NCBI GenBank assembly: GCA_947460245.1
Contig: CANHGL010000002.1
Location: forward strand, 3,588 to 67,587
Direction: 5' to 3'
Origin: Sphingobacteriales bacterium
GTDB taxonomy: Bacteria; Bacteroidota; Bacteroidia; Chitinophagales; JADIYW01
DNA: 64,000 nucleotides
Position 1 is the stretch's first letter. Every line of letters starts with the position of its first letter. The position numbers were made by a program, and so were the translations under genes. This document shows positions 21,203 through 30,856 of this stretch, one piece after another. The notes beneath the pieces are model-generated. The model worked only from the letters and a program-made list of their open reading frames with translations. It did no database searches and was not told where the DNA came from.

Positions 21203-22402
21203 TCACTCTTCCAGCAGTTTCATGTCAATATTCTCCATGCCGGCGATGCCTTCAATAGAGCCAGAGATATGCGAAGCGTTCAGCAGAATTTTTTCCAGTT
21301 GCTTTTCTCTTGCCTTCCATAGTTTTTCCATAGCATTGCGCTCGGTATCTATAGAGTGTTTCATCGCTAGAAATCCTTCCCGTATAGCTTTCCATTGTTC
21401 ACCAAATTCATTACTAGTCAGGTAGTCATAGAGCAAGTGCATTTTATCGCCTCTGTTCTCTTGAGATTTCGTAACTGAAAATACTTTTAAAATGGAACTG
21501 CGCAGAACATGTGCTAATGCGCCCACCTCCTGGTAGGTGCAGATCCAAATACCGCTCTTCTCTCCAAATTTTTCCATATCCTTCGGCATCGTCTGTGTTA
21601 CAATTACAGCGATATCTGCATTCTGCGCACGCATATCTGCTTTTAATTTTTCTATCCACTCGTTAGAGAAGGCTTGTGTGCGTTTGCTTTCATAAATAAT
21701 CTTACCACAGGGTTGTCCGAAGTTATTTCGTACCGTTTGTACGCAATCTGCACCACGCACACCTTTACCTACTTCTTCAATAATATCAAATGGAAATGCT
21801 TCCTTTAATAAGGCTTCCAATGCTAGTTCTTGCACTTCACCTTGTAATTGCATGCTGCCCTGACTAGCCTTGCGTTGTGCTTCTTCCAGGGCTCTCTGCG
21901 TTTGCTCTATCTTTTTCTCATACTCCCGGAATCGAAGTTCGTTTTTATCTTGCTCTTGTTTTACAATCTTTTCTTCTATAATTTCTCGTTCCTCGCTGAG
22001 TTTGCGCTGAAGTTGCAATTCCAGTTCCTGTTCTTTCTCTCTCAGGTATTCTTCTCGTTTTAAAAAGGCTAGTTCTTTTTCTTTCAACTCCGCATTTTCA
22101 AGTTTTCGCTTCTCCAGTTCTTGCTGTTGCTGTTCGAGCTTCAGTTGAAATTCTTCGTTAGCCTTCAGTGTGGCTTTATCTGCTTCCTCTAGTGCAATTT
22201 TTTGTCGGTCTGCTTCCAGTTTTTGCTTATAATCTTCATTGGCTCTTACTCTCTTTTCTTCAAAATCTCTCTCCCTGGCCTGCAACTCCTGCTCCTTAAG
22301 CTTCATTTTTTCGTTCATGCGTTCCTCCGCCTGATGATTGAGTACTTCATCAATATCTATCATAGTCCCACAGGATGGACATTTTATCTTACTCTCGCTC
22401 AT
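21203..22402 (-). CDS. DUF2130-like protein: zinc ribbon, long coiled-coil and a C-terminal PD-(D/E)xK-like module
   Basis: The N-terminus MSESKIKCPSCGTMIDIDEVL carries a single visible CxxC. About 170 aa of E/K/Q heptad-rich sequence follow. The C-terminal globular part has GADCVQTV...IIYESKRT. The ATG at 22402 is preferred over the ORF-track start at 22441. Confidence 0.7.
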   Translation of the reverse strand: MSESKIKCPSCGTMIDIDEVLNHQAEERMNEKMKLKEQELQARERDFEEKRVRANEDYKQKLEADRQKIALEEADKATLKANEEFQLKLEQQQQELEKRKLENAELKEKELAFLKREEYLREKEQELELQLQRKLSEEREIIEEKIVKQEQDKNELRFREYEKKIEQTQRALEEAQRKASQGSMQLQGEVQELALEALLKEAFPFDIIEEVGKGVRGADCVQTVRNNFGQPCGKIIYESKRTQAFSNEWIEKLKADMRAQNADIAVIVTQTMPKDMEKFGEKSGIWICTYQEVGALAHVLRSSILKVFSVTKSQENRGDKMHLLYDYLTSNEFGEQWKAIREGFLAMKHSIDTERNAMEKLWKAREKQLEKILLNASHISGSIEGIAGMENIDMKLLEE

Positions 22403-22611
22403 GATAATCGTGTGTTTATCCAAAAATACAATAAATTTCAAGCGAAATCAGATCCTTATTCATCTCTTTGGGATTCATCCTAAGGTTTTGACCTGAATTG
22501 TCATAAAATCTTATACAAGTTATTGAATATCAATTTTGAAGCTATTGTGCTAAATTTTAGAGAAATATGTTTAGTGCCTTTTTCTTAATAATAAACAATC
22601 ACTATTTACTT

Positions 22612-22619
22612 TAAATTTG
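22612..22619 (+). promoter_or_regulatory. Candidate -7 box (TAAATTTG) upstream of kup
   Basis: Matches TAnnTTTG about 107 nt upstream of the kup ATG, in the divergent intergenic region. Confidence 0.3.
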
Positions 22620-22725
22620 CAAGGCTAAATATTCCTTATAACTAATGTCTTATCTTCTTTTTAATCTTAGTTTTGTGAAGTATTTTTTTAAGGTATATAC
22701 TTTTACCAAACAATAATCCTCAATT

Positions 22726-24684
22726 ATGGCTGATAATAAACATGGTATTCATAAGCTCTCAGCAGCTGGAGTTCTAATTTCCCTGGGTATCATTTTTGGC
22801 GACATCGGTACATCGCCGATATACGTGCTACGCGCAATAATGACCATGGCGATGGAAGGACATCATGCCATTACAGATGAGCTGGTATTAGGAGGGTTAT
22901 CGTGCATATTCTGGACCCTAACCTTTATTACTACGGTTAAGTATGTTATACTGGCACTTAATGCAGATAATAACGGGGAAGGTGGAATATTTTCTTTGTA
23001 TGCCTTAGTGCGCCGTTACAAGGCTAAATGGACAATAATACCTGCGCTTATAGGATGTGCTACCCTAATTTCTGATGGTTTTATCACTCCTCCAATTTCT
23101 ATATCTTCTGCTATTGAGGGGTTAACTATTATTTATCCTAATCTTCAGACTGTGCCTATTGTTCTGGCAATTTTATTAGCCTTGTTTCTTTTCCAACAGT
23201 TTGGTACCAATACTATTGGTGTTGCCTTTGGACCTATCATGTTAGTATGGTTTTCTATGATAGGGGTATTGGGTGCTTTGCAGTTAGTGCAAAATCCATC
23301 TGTATTAGCTGCTTTGAATCCTATTCATGCATTCAATTTAGTTTTGTATTACCCCGGTGGTATTTGGTTTTTGGGTGCTGTATTTTTATGTACTACAGGT
23401 GGAGAGGCATTGTATTCAGACTTAGGGCATTGTGGTAAACAAAATATTCGAGTGAGTTGGGGTTTTGTAAAGTTGTCATTATTGTTGAGTTATTTTGGTC
23501 AGGCTGCATTTATTCTTGGACATAAGGAACTAAACTGGAAGGAAGTTTCTCCGTTCTATTCATTAATGCCAAGCTGGTTTTTGTATATAGGGATAGGTGT
23601 TGCAACCATTGCCACAACTATAGCTTCTCAGGCATTAATAAGCGGTTGTTTTACCTTAGTGAATGAAGCCATGAAATTAAAATTATGGCCCAATCAAAAG
23701 ATTATTTATCCTACCATTTCTCAAGGACAGATATATATACCATTTATAAACTGGCTACTATTTCTTGGATGTACGGCTGTAGTATTGATCTTCAGAGAAT
23801 CTAGTAGGATGGAAGCGGCTTATGGTTTAGCAATAACAATAGATATGCTTATGACGACAAGTTTACTAACTTACTATTTTACAGTAAAACGTAAACCAGC
23901 TTACTTTATTTATGTTTTCTTGTTCTTTTTTTTATGGGTAGAAATTACTTTCCTTGCCGCTAATCTCAATAAGTTTACACACGGGGGTTGGTTTGCATTG
24001 ATAATTGCAAGTTTCATATTTGTCACTATGTATCTGTTTTATCTGGGTAAAAAGATGCGCAAGCGTCACCTGGAATATGTTGAGATAAGCGATTATATTG
24101 ATGACCTTACTGATCTTCAGAATGACACGTCTATTGTTAAAGAAGCTACGAATCTGGTATTCATGTGTAACTCCAGCGATAAAAAATTAATAGACTCCAA
24201 TATTATTTATTCCATCTTTAGGAAAAAACCAAAGCGTGCAGATACCTATTGGTTTGTGCACGTAGATATCACCAGCAATCCTTATGGTGCGTCTTATACT
24301 GTAGAAAATATAATACCAGGAAAGTGCTTTTTCATAAAACTTAAATTCGGGTTTAAGGTGGAGCATAAAGTCCATTTGATGTTTAATAAGATTGTAGAAG
24401 ATATGGAGCAAAGAGGGGAGGTAGATTTATTAAGTCATTACCCTTCTTTGAGAAAACATGGCTATCCTGCTGATTTTAAATTTGTGATTCTGAATTCTAT
24501 GGTTTCTATCGATAATCAACTAAAGCCTTGGGAACAGTTCCTGATTAAATCCTATAATGTGATTAAGGGATTGAGTTTGCCTACAGAAGAGGATTTTGGT
24601 TTGGAAAAGACGAACTGTAGGGTGGAGAATATTCCCATCCGTATTGCTCAGAAGAGTCATATCAATATAGAAAGGCTCGATTAG
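22726..24684 (+). CDS. kup: KUP-family potassium uptake transporter
   Basis: 652 aa with GVLISLGIIFGDIGTSPIYVLR and FLCTTGGEALYSDLGHCG. Twelve TM segments plus a cytoplasmic C-domain. Confidence 0.95.
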   Translation: MADNKHGIHKLSAAGVLISLGIIFGDIGTSPIYVLRAIMTMAMEGHHAITDELVLGGLSCIFWTLTFITTVKYVILALNADNNGEGGIFSLYALVRRYKAKWTIIPALIGCATLISDGFITPPISISSAIEGLTIIYPNLQTVPIVLAILLALFLFQQFGTNTIGVAFGPIMLVWFSMIGVLGALQLVQNPSVLAALNPIHAFNLVLYYPGGIWFLGAVFLCTTGGEALYSDLGHCGKQNIRVSWGFVKLSLLLSYFGQAAFILGHKELNWKEVSPFYSLMPSWFLYIGIGVATIATTIASQALISGCFTLVNEAMKLKLWPNQKIIYPTISQGQIYIPFINWLLFLGCTAVVLIFRESSRMEAAYGLAITIDMLMTTSLLTYYFTVKRKPAYFIYVFLFFFLWVEITFLAANLNKFTHGGWFALIIASFIFVTMYLFYLGKKMRKRHLEYVEISDYIDDLTDLQNDTSIVKEATNLVFMCNSSDKKLIDSNIIYSIFRKKPKRADTYWFVHVDITSNPYGASYTVENIIPGKCFFIKLKFGFKVEHKVHLMFNKIVEDMEQRGEVDLLSHYPSLRKHGYPADFKFVILNSMVSIDNQLKPWEQFLIKSYNVIKGLSLPTEEDFGLEKTNCRVENIPIRIAQKSHINIERLD

Positions 24685-24771
24685 TTTGCAGATAGAATAA
24701 AAAAGCAGTTTATCGGTATTATTTTAAACAATAACATCGATTTGTGCTTTTATATGTATACTATACCGTAT

Positions 24772-27165
24772 ATGAGAAATTTTCTGCTTATTTTTTTATT
24801 TTCCCCTCTTTTTATGCTTGGTCAAACCGGTGTAATTGAGGGTCGAGTTTTTGATGAAATTAATAACGAGCCCGTAATTGGAGCTAATGTTGTTTTATTA
24901 GGAACGCCATCAGGTGCTACTACAGATTTGGAAGGAAATTATCGAATTGATGGGCTGGTTGCCGGTTTATACAATATAGAGGTTTCTTATGTAGGCTATC
25001 AGGTACAAACTCGCTTTGAGATTCAGGTAAGTAATACCAAGTCTGTCCGTGCGGATTTCGCTATGAAGCAATCTGCTCAGATGATAGACTCCGTAGTAAT
25101 TAAAGCTAACCCCTTTGATAAAAAATTAGAGTCGCCAATTTCTATTACTTCTATTGGCGTAAATGAAATCCAGCGTAACCCTGGAGGCAACAGAGATATC
25201 TCAAGAGCAATAAAAAATTTACCAGGTGTTTCATCCGGTTTTGGATTTAGAAATGATTTGCTTGTGAGAGGTGGATCTCCTAACGAGAATCGTTTCTATT
25301 TAGATGATATTGAAATTCCAACGATTAATCACTTCTCTACGCAGGGAGCGAGCGGAGGAAGTAACGGCTTACTAAATGTAGATTTTATAAGTAATGCAGA
25401 TTTTTATACAGGAGCTTTCCCGGCTAACAGGGGTAATGCATTGAGTTCTGTATTACAACTTACCCAAAGAGAAGGCCGAAAAGATAGAGTAGGTTTTACT
25501 TTTACGCTCGGAGCGAGCGAAGCTGGACTAACATTGGAAGGTCCTTTTACAAAAAAGAAGAAAACGACTTTCTTATTTAATGCGAGATATTCTTATCTCC
25601 AGTTTTTATTTAAAGCGTTTAAATTACCTTTCCTTCCTACATATTCGGATATACAATACAAAGTAGTTCATAAATTCAATAACAAACACGATATCACTTT
25701 TATTGGGGTAGGTGCTTACGACTACCTTCGATTGAATCTAAAGCAAAATGAAACAGATGCGCAAAAGTTTTTATTGAGAAATATTCCATATCAGGATCAG
25801 TGGAATTATACAGTTGGAGCTCGCTATCGTTATTTTATGAAGAATAGTTATATGCTCTTCGTAGTAAGTAGAAGTTATTTTAATAATAATATTTACAAGA
25901 ATAAAGATAATGATGTTAACCAGCCCAGGCTATTTGATTTGAAGTCTACGGAAGCAGAAAATAAACTCAGATTTGAGCATGTGATACGTGCTAAAGAATA
26001 CAAGATAAATTATACAGCAAATTACGAATACGCACGTTATACAACAGCTACTGCCAATAAGATTACAATTGGTGATACAGTTCTGAGTATAGCCTACAAC
26101 AGCAAACTGAATTTACAGAAATATGGATTTTCAGCACAAGTCAGTAAGGCCTATTTAAATGAGCGCTTAAGCCTTTCTTTAGGCCTTCGTGCGGATGGTA
26201 ATAATTATAACAAGAAAATGGCAAATCCATTCAGGCAACTCTCTCCAAGATTCTCTGCTTCTTATGCATTCACCAATTACTTAAGTCTGAATTTTAATAC
26301 GGGATTGTATTATCAATTACCGCCTTATACTACATTGGGTTTTAAAGATAATGCAGGGGTATTGGTGAATAAGGATAATCTGGATTATATACGTAATGTT
26401 CAGGTAGTAGGAGGTATTTCATCTACTATCAATTCCAGTAATACCAAATTCTCTTTAGAAGGTTTTTATAAGCGCTATTATAATTATCCAATGCTTTTGA
26501 ATAAAGGTATTTCATTAGCCAATTTAGGCGGTGATTTTGGATGGGTAGGTGATGAGCCTGCTACTTCTACCAGCAATGGTAAAACCTATGGAGTAGAGTT
26601 TTCTGTTCAGCAGAAATTATGGAAAGGAGTATTTGGGATAGTTTCTTACACGTGGTACAGAAGTTTATTTACGGATATCAGAGGAGTGTACAACTCCAGC
26701 AGCTGGGATAGCAGGCATGTAGCCAATATAACCGTAGGATATAAGTTCAAGCGTAATTGGGAAATTGGTGTTAAATGGAGTATTCAGGGAGGTCTGCCTT
26801 ATACTCCGGATGATTCTACTGCCTTTGCTTATGTTAGCGTATTTAATGCCAATGGAGGTATTCCGGTAAAAGATTATTCTAAGCTAAATAGTTTGCGTAC
26901 CAAAGTGCAGCATGGGATGAACTTACGCGTTGATAAAAAGTGGTATCTCAAGAAAATTAATATCAATCTATATTTAGATGTAACGAATGTATACAACGCC
27001 AAGGATGTAACACCTGCTAATTTAGATGTAGTAAGGGATGATGCGGGTATTCCGGTTATCAGTAATCCTGGTGCTCCGGCCAACGAACAGCGCTATCAAT
27101 TGCAATACCTTAAATCTAATGGATCTAATGTATTGCCTACTGTAGGGTTGATACTGGAATTATAG
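24772..27165 (+). CDS. TonB-dependent receptor with N-terminal CarboxypepD_reg-like domain
   Basis: Signal peptide MRNFLLIFLFSPLFMLGQ, then CarboxypepD_reg (GRVFDEINNEPVIGANVVLLGT..GATTDLEGNYRI). A plug region follows (PISITSIGVNEIQRNPG) and the protein has a beta-barrel-like aromatic C-terminus. The ORF track begins at TTG 24742. Confidence 0.85.
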   Translation: MRNFLLIFLFSPLFMLGQTGVIEGRVFDEINNEPVIGANVVLLGTPSGATTDLEGNYRIDGLVAGLYNIEVSYVGYQVQTRFEIQVSNTKSVRADFAMKQSAQMIDSVVIKANPFDKKLESPISITSIGVNEIQRNPGGNRDISRAIKNLPGVSSGFGFRNDLLVRGGSPNENRFYLDDIEIPTINHFSTQGASGGSNGLLNVDFISNADFYTGAFPANRGNALSSVLQLTQREGRKDRVGFTFTLGASEAGLTLEGPFTKKKKTTFLFNARYSYLQFLFKAFKLPFLPTYSDIQYKVVHKFNNKHDITFIGVGAYDYLRLNLKQNETDAQKFLLRNIPYQDQWNYTVGARYRYFMKNSYMLFVVSRSYFNNNIYKNKDNDVNQPRLFDLKSTEAENKLRFEHVIRAKEYKINYTANYEYARYTTATANKITIGDTVLSIAYNSKLNLQKYGFSAQVSKAYLNERLSLSLGLRADGNNYNKKMANPFRQLSPRFSASYAFTNYLSLNFNTGLYYQLPPYTTLGFKDNAGVLVNKDNLDYIRNVQVVGGISSTINSSNTKFSLEGFYKRYYNYPMLLNKGISLANLGGDFGWVGDEPATSTSNGKTYGVEFSVQQKLWKGVFGIVSYTWYRSLFTDIRGVYNSSSWDSRHVANITVGYKFKRNWEIGVKWSIQGGLPYTPDDSTAFAYVSVFNANGGIPVKDYSKLNSLRTKVQHGMNLRVDKKWYLKKININLYLDVTNVYNAKDVTPANLDVVRDDAGIPVISNPGAPANEQRYQLQYLKSNGSNVLPTVGLILEL

Positions 27166-27849
27166 CGTCAATGGATTTGGTGTACCGGTTTTATAGGTGC
27201 TTACATAAATCACGAGCAGAAGAAATACAAGTACTACACTGGAAGTGAAGATTTCATTTATAATTCCGTGTTGGAAGAATGCAGCGCAGCATAGTCCAAA
27301 ACACATTAAGCAGCATAGTCCAATAATTTTACTCCATACTTTCCCTTTTAAGAAATAAGGAGAGAAAAGTAAAAATACAGATGCAATAGCGCCCCACTTA
27401 AGCCATGTAAAAATATTCAGTAAATAAAGGGGTTCCTGAAGATCTGCGGATTTATGTTGATTAATCAACTGATGTATTTGTATGTTTTCTAGGGCATCTC
27501 CCAATAGTGCTGTAAAACACAGAAATATTGCTAACCACATTGCATTTACTCCAGATATTTTTTGAATTCCGATGGCTACAGCCAAAAGAAAAATAGTATA
27601 TAAAACCATAAATCCATAGTCTACATAGTTACCAGTTTGCATGGATGTTTCATATAGGGCAACATTACTTACCTTAAAAAATTGTGACACCTCGGCATTA
27701 GTTTGTATAAATTCAAAAGCAATTACAGGAGTAAAAAAGCCTTTTGGTAGATTGCCTTGTGCTTTTGGATTTACAATCAGCAGAACAATGGATACGATAA
27801 GTAAAAATATACCTAATACTGTTGCTAATTTAAAAGCAGTGGGCTTCAT
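27160..27849 (-). CDS. Hypothetical integral membrane protein
   Basis: 229-aa ORF with about 7 hydrophobic segments. Its stop overlaps the receptor stop (convergent TTATAG). No family recognised. Confidence 0.6.
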   Translation of the reverse strand: MKPTAFKLATVLGIFLLIVSIVLLIVNPKAQGNLPKGFFTPVIAFEFIQTNAEVSQFFKVSNVALYETSMQTGNYVDYGFMVLYTIFLLAVAIGIQKISGVNAMWLAIFLCFTALLGDALENIQIHQLINQHKSADLQEPLYLLNIFTWLKWGAIASVFLLFSPYFLKGKVWSKIIGLCCLMCFGLCCAAFFQHGIINEIFTSSVVLVFLLLVIYVSTYKTGTPNPLTL

Positions 27850-27892
27850 AAGGATTGGTTAAAATAAGAACTGCTTAGTGGGCAGCTGTTTG

Positions 27893-28516
27893 TTATTTCT
27901 CACGTTTATTTAATTCATCTCTGATTTGCGCTGCCTTTTCGTAGTCCTCATTCGTAAGGGAGTCATTCAGTAACTTTTCAAGTTCTTTAAACGTGTATAT
28001 AGAATAATCTTCCGTCTTTTCTGTTTTTGCTTTTTTCGTTTTTTGGGATGCAGGCTTTTCTTCTTGCTCCTCTTCAAGTCTTTCTTCTTGCTCTTCGAGG
28101 TCTTCTTCTATTAAAACAATTCCAGACGTTTCCAGAATTGAACCATAGATATAGATAGGGCAACTAAAACGTATGGCTAATGCAATGGCATCAGATGTTC
28201 TGGAGTCAATCTCATGCTCTTCCCCATTAAAAATGCAGATTAGCTTGGAGTAAAAAACACCATCCATTAGATTGGTGATTACAACTTCACTTAATATGAT
28301 GCTGAAGGTATCCATCATCGTCTTAAACAAATCATGTGTTAAGGGACGTGCTGCAGGCATGTTTTCCAAAGCAATGGCAATCGCCTGAGCTTCTGCTGCA
28401 CCAATAACTATTGGCAGCCTACGCTTTCCACCAACTTCACCTAAAACAACGGCATAAGAATGATGCTGAGTGAATCCCTGCGTAATATTGATTATTTCCA
28501 ATTCGATCTTATCCAT
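27893..28516 (-). CDS. Bifunctional nuclease (DUF151/BFN) family protein with C-terminal UVR motif
   Basis: 207 aa. The N-terminal part (YAVVLGEVGGKRRLPIVIGAAEAQAIAIAL...RPLTHDL) is typical of the BFN domain. An acidic linker follows. The C-terminal EDYEKAAQIRDEL is a UvrB/UvrC-type motif. Confidence 0.75.
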   Translation of the reverse strand: MDKIELEIINITQGFTQHHSYAVVLGEVGGKRRLPIVIGAAEAQAIAIALENMPAARPLTHDLFKTMMDTFSIILSEVVITNLMDGVFYSKLICIFNGEEHEIDSRTSDAIALAIRFSCPIYIYGSILETSGIVLIEEDLEEQEERLEEEQEEKPASQKTKKAKTEKTEDYSIYTFKELEKLLNDSLTNEDYEKAAQIRDELNKREK

Positions 28517-28596
28517 CGCTGTAAATATAAAAAAAATACAGAAGATATGGGGTGACTTTTTACATCTTCAATTAGGATGCTCTTTGGGTATATTAT

Positions 28597-28626
28597 AAAA
28601 AAAGCTACCGTTAGGGTAGCTTTTTT
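28597..28626 (-). terminator. Rho-independent (bidirectional-looking) terminator after etfA
   Basis: A7-AGCTACC-GTTAG-GGTAGCT-T6. On the minus strand this is a 7-bp GC-containing stem followed by U7, 18 nt after the etfA stop. Confidence 0.8.
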
Positions 28627-28643
28627 ATAGTATGAGTAATGTA

Positions 28644-29612
28644 TTAGTGTTGACTGGCTTTAAAGGCCTTAACTGCTGCGGTTAATTTAGGTACCACTTC
28701 AAAAGCGTCTCCAACTATACCATAATCAGCAGCCTTAAAGAAAGGAGCTTCGGGATCTTTATTTACAACTACTATTACCTTCGATTGGTTAACACCTGCT
28801 AAGTGCTGTATAGCTCCGGAAATACCGATAGCGATATACAGGTTTGGACGGATAGCTACTCCTGTTTGTCCAACGTGCTCATGGTGAGGTCTCCAGTGAA
28901 CGTCTGCTACAGGTCTTGAGCATGCTGTTGTAGCTCCAAGTGCTGTAGCTAAGTCTTCTATTATGCCCCAGTTTTCCGGTCCTTTCATACCTCGTCCTGC
29001 TGACACTACTAATTCTGCTTCGGGAAGTGGAGCTATATCTCCACTTTGGCGGGTTACTTCCTTTACGGTAATCCTGCTTGAGGCAGGGGTTATATTTACT
29101 GCTTCTATGCCTGCACTTCCGCTGCCTTTTTTCGCTCCGAAAGAGTTAGGTACAACAGAGATAACCTTAACAGCGGTGTCTACTTTTACATATGCAAATG
29201 CTTTTCCGGAGAATACACCTTTCTTCACTACTAAGTTTGCATCCGGCAATCCAACTGCCCCGGCAACTAAACCGGCTTTTAAACGAGCCGAGATACTCGG
29301 TGCAATAGCCTTTCCTGCTAAAGTTTGAGAAATAACTATAGTATCCGCATTAACCTGTGTAGCAACTTCTGCAATTGCTTTGGCGAACTGGTTGGCATCG
29401 AAATTATCGAAAGCAGTATTATTGGAATGCAATATTTTCTTTGCTCCGTAATTACCCAAATCACTTAGTTGTTGGTCATCAATAGTACCCAAAGCTATAC
29501 CGATAGCCTCTTTTCCTGTACTGGATGCAAATTCTGAGGCATAAGATGCAGCTTCAAAGCTTGCTTTCTTTACTTTTCCTTCTGCTAGTTCTACAAAAAA
29601 TAATATTGCCAT
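28644..29612 (-). CDS. etfA: Electron transfer flavoprotein subunit alpha
   Basis: 322 aa with the FAD-binding C-terminal motif (PNLYIAIGISGAIQHLAGV, VVVNKDPEAPFF). Adjacent to etfB. Confidence 0.95.
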   Translation of the reverse strand: MAILFFVELAEGKVKKASFEAASYASEFASSTGKEAIGIALGTIDDQQLSDLGNYGAKKILHSNNTAFDNFDANQFAKAIAEVATQVNADTIVISQTLAGKAIAPSISARLKAGLVAGAVGLPDANLVVKKGVFSGKAFAYVKVDTAVKVISVVPNSFGAKKGSGSAGIEAVNITPASSRITVKEVTRQSGDIAPLPEAELVVSAGRGMKGPENWGIIEDLATALGATTACSRPVADVHWRPHHEHVGQTGVAIRPNLYIAIGISGAIQHLAGVNQSKVIVVVNKDPEAPFFKAADYGIVGDAFEVVPKLTAAVKAFKASQH

Positions 29613-29613
29613 G

Positions 29614-30357
29614 TTATATAATTTTAGCTTCGTTGTGTAATAATTCTATTAATTGTTCAGCATTTTCTGCAGCGATCATCTTGCAGGCTGATTTAGCTGG
29701 AGGAAGCTCATACTTCACTACAGTAGTTAAAGGTGCTATTCCTTTTGGAGTTACCACATTTAAGGGTTTTGTTTTGGCGCCCATAATTCCTTTCATGTTT
29801 GGAATTCTAGCCTCTGCCATTCCCTTTGCGCAAGAGATAACAAACGGAGTGTCAACTTCAAGGATTTCTTTGCCACCTTCAATATCACGCTCAAGATGTG
29901 CTGTGCTGCCATTCATATCTAATTTGGATGCATAGGATACAAATGGTAAGTCTGTTAACTCTGCAATCATACCTCCAACATTTGAGCTGTTATAGCTGAT
30001 AGTTTCTTTTCCTAATAAAATCATATCATATCCGCCACTTTTTACTACTTCTGCTATCTCCGCTGCTATAGCAAAAGAATCAAGCTCTCCAGTTGCATCA
30101 ATGCGGATAGCATCGTCTGCACCAATAGCCAGTGCTTTTCGGATTACTTGATCATTTTCTGCGCTACCAACATTGATTACGGTAACGGTGCCTCCATTGG
30201 CTTCCTTTAGCTCCAGTGCACGAACTAAGGCATACCACTCATCATAAGGATTTAGGATCCACTGTACTTTATCGTTATTGAATTTTGTGTCGTTGTCAAT
30301 AAACGAAATTTTAGTAGTGGTGTCCGGAACTAAACTGATACATACTAGGAATTTCAT
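29614..30357 (-). CDS. etfB: Electron transfer flavoprotein subunit beta
   Basis: 247 aa with MKFLVCISLVPDTTTKI, NPYDEWYALVRALEL and the C-terminal recognition-loop region. There is a 1-nt gap to etfA. Confidence 0.95.
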   Translation of the reverse strand: MKFLVCISLVPDTTTKISFIDNDTKFNNDKVQWILNPYDEWYALVRALELKEANGGTVTVINVGSAENDQVIRKALAIGADDAIRIDATGELDSFAIAAEIAEVVKSGGYDMILLGKETISYNSSNVGGMIAELTDLPFVSYASKLDMNGSTAHLERDIEGGKEILEVDTPFVISCAKGMAEARIPNMKGIMGAKTKPLNVVTPKGIAPLTTVVKYELPPAKSACKMIAAENAEQLIELLHNEAKII

Positions 30358-30411
30358 AACTTTGGTTTGATTTTGAAGTGCTAAAATAATTTATTTTACT
30401 AACTTGTAAGA

Positions 30412-30735
30412 ATGGCGGATTCCCGTATACAACGTCTGGAACAGATTATTGTTGATAATCCTAGTGATACCTTCGCTTTATTTGCTTTGGCAAAGGAATA
30501 CGAAAAAATGTGTGAGTTCGATAAATCTTCACAACTGCTTGAAAGGCTGATTGTTATAGATGTTAATTATATTGGAGCATATTATCATTTGGCTAAAGTT
30601 TATGAACAATTGGAGGAGGTTAAAAAAGCATTAAATATTTACGAAGCTGGAATTGCTATTGCTGAAAAGCTAAAGGATATGCATGCACGGAGCGAGCTTA
30701 AAAATGCGAAACTGAATCTCGAGTTGGGCGAATAA
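30412..30735 (+). CDS. Small tetratricopeptide-repeat protein
   Basis: 107 aa with two or three TPR-like helical hairpins (FALFALAKEYEKMCEFDKS..., GAYYHLAKVYEQLEEVKKAL). Confidence 0.6.
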   Translation: MADSRIQRLEQIIVDNPSDTFALFALAKEYEKMCEFDKSSQLLERLIVIDVNYIGAYYHLAKVYEQLEEVKKALNIYEAGIAIAEKLKDMHARSELKNAKLNLELGE

Positions 30736-30856
30736 ATCTTTACCTTTTTTCACCGGTATATTATAGCTGTATCCTTCTGTATATTTTGGATATCAGTCGT
30801 TAAATTAAGATTTTAGAACGTAAATTAGCACCTTCAACATTTAGTATTTATTCTAC

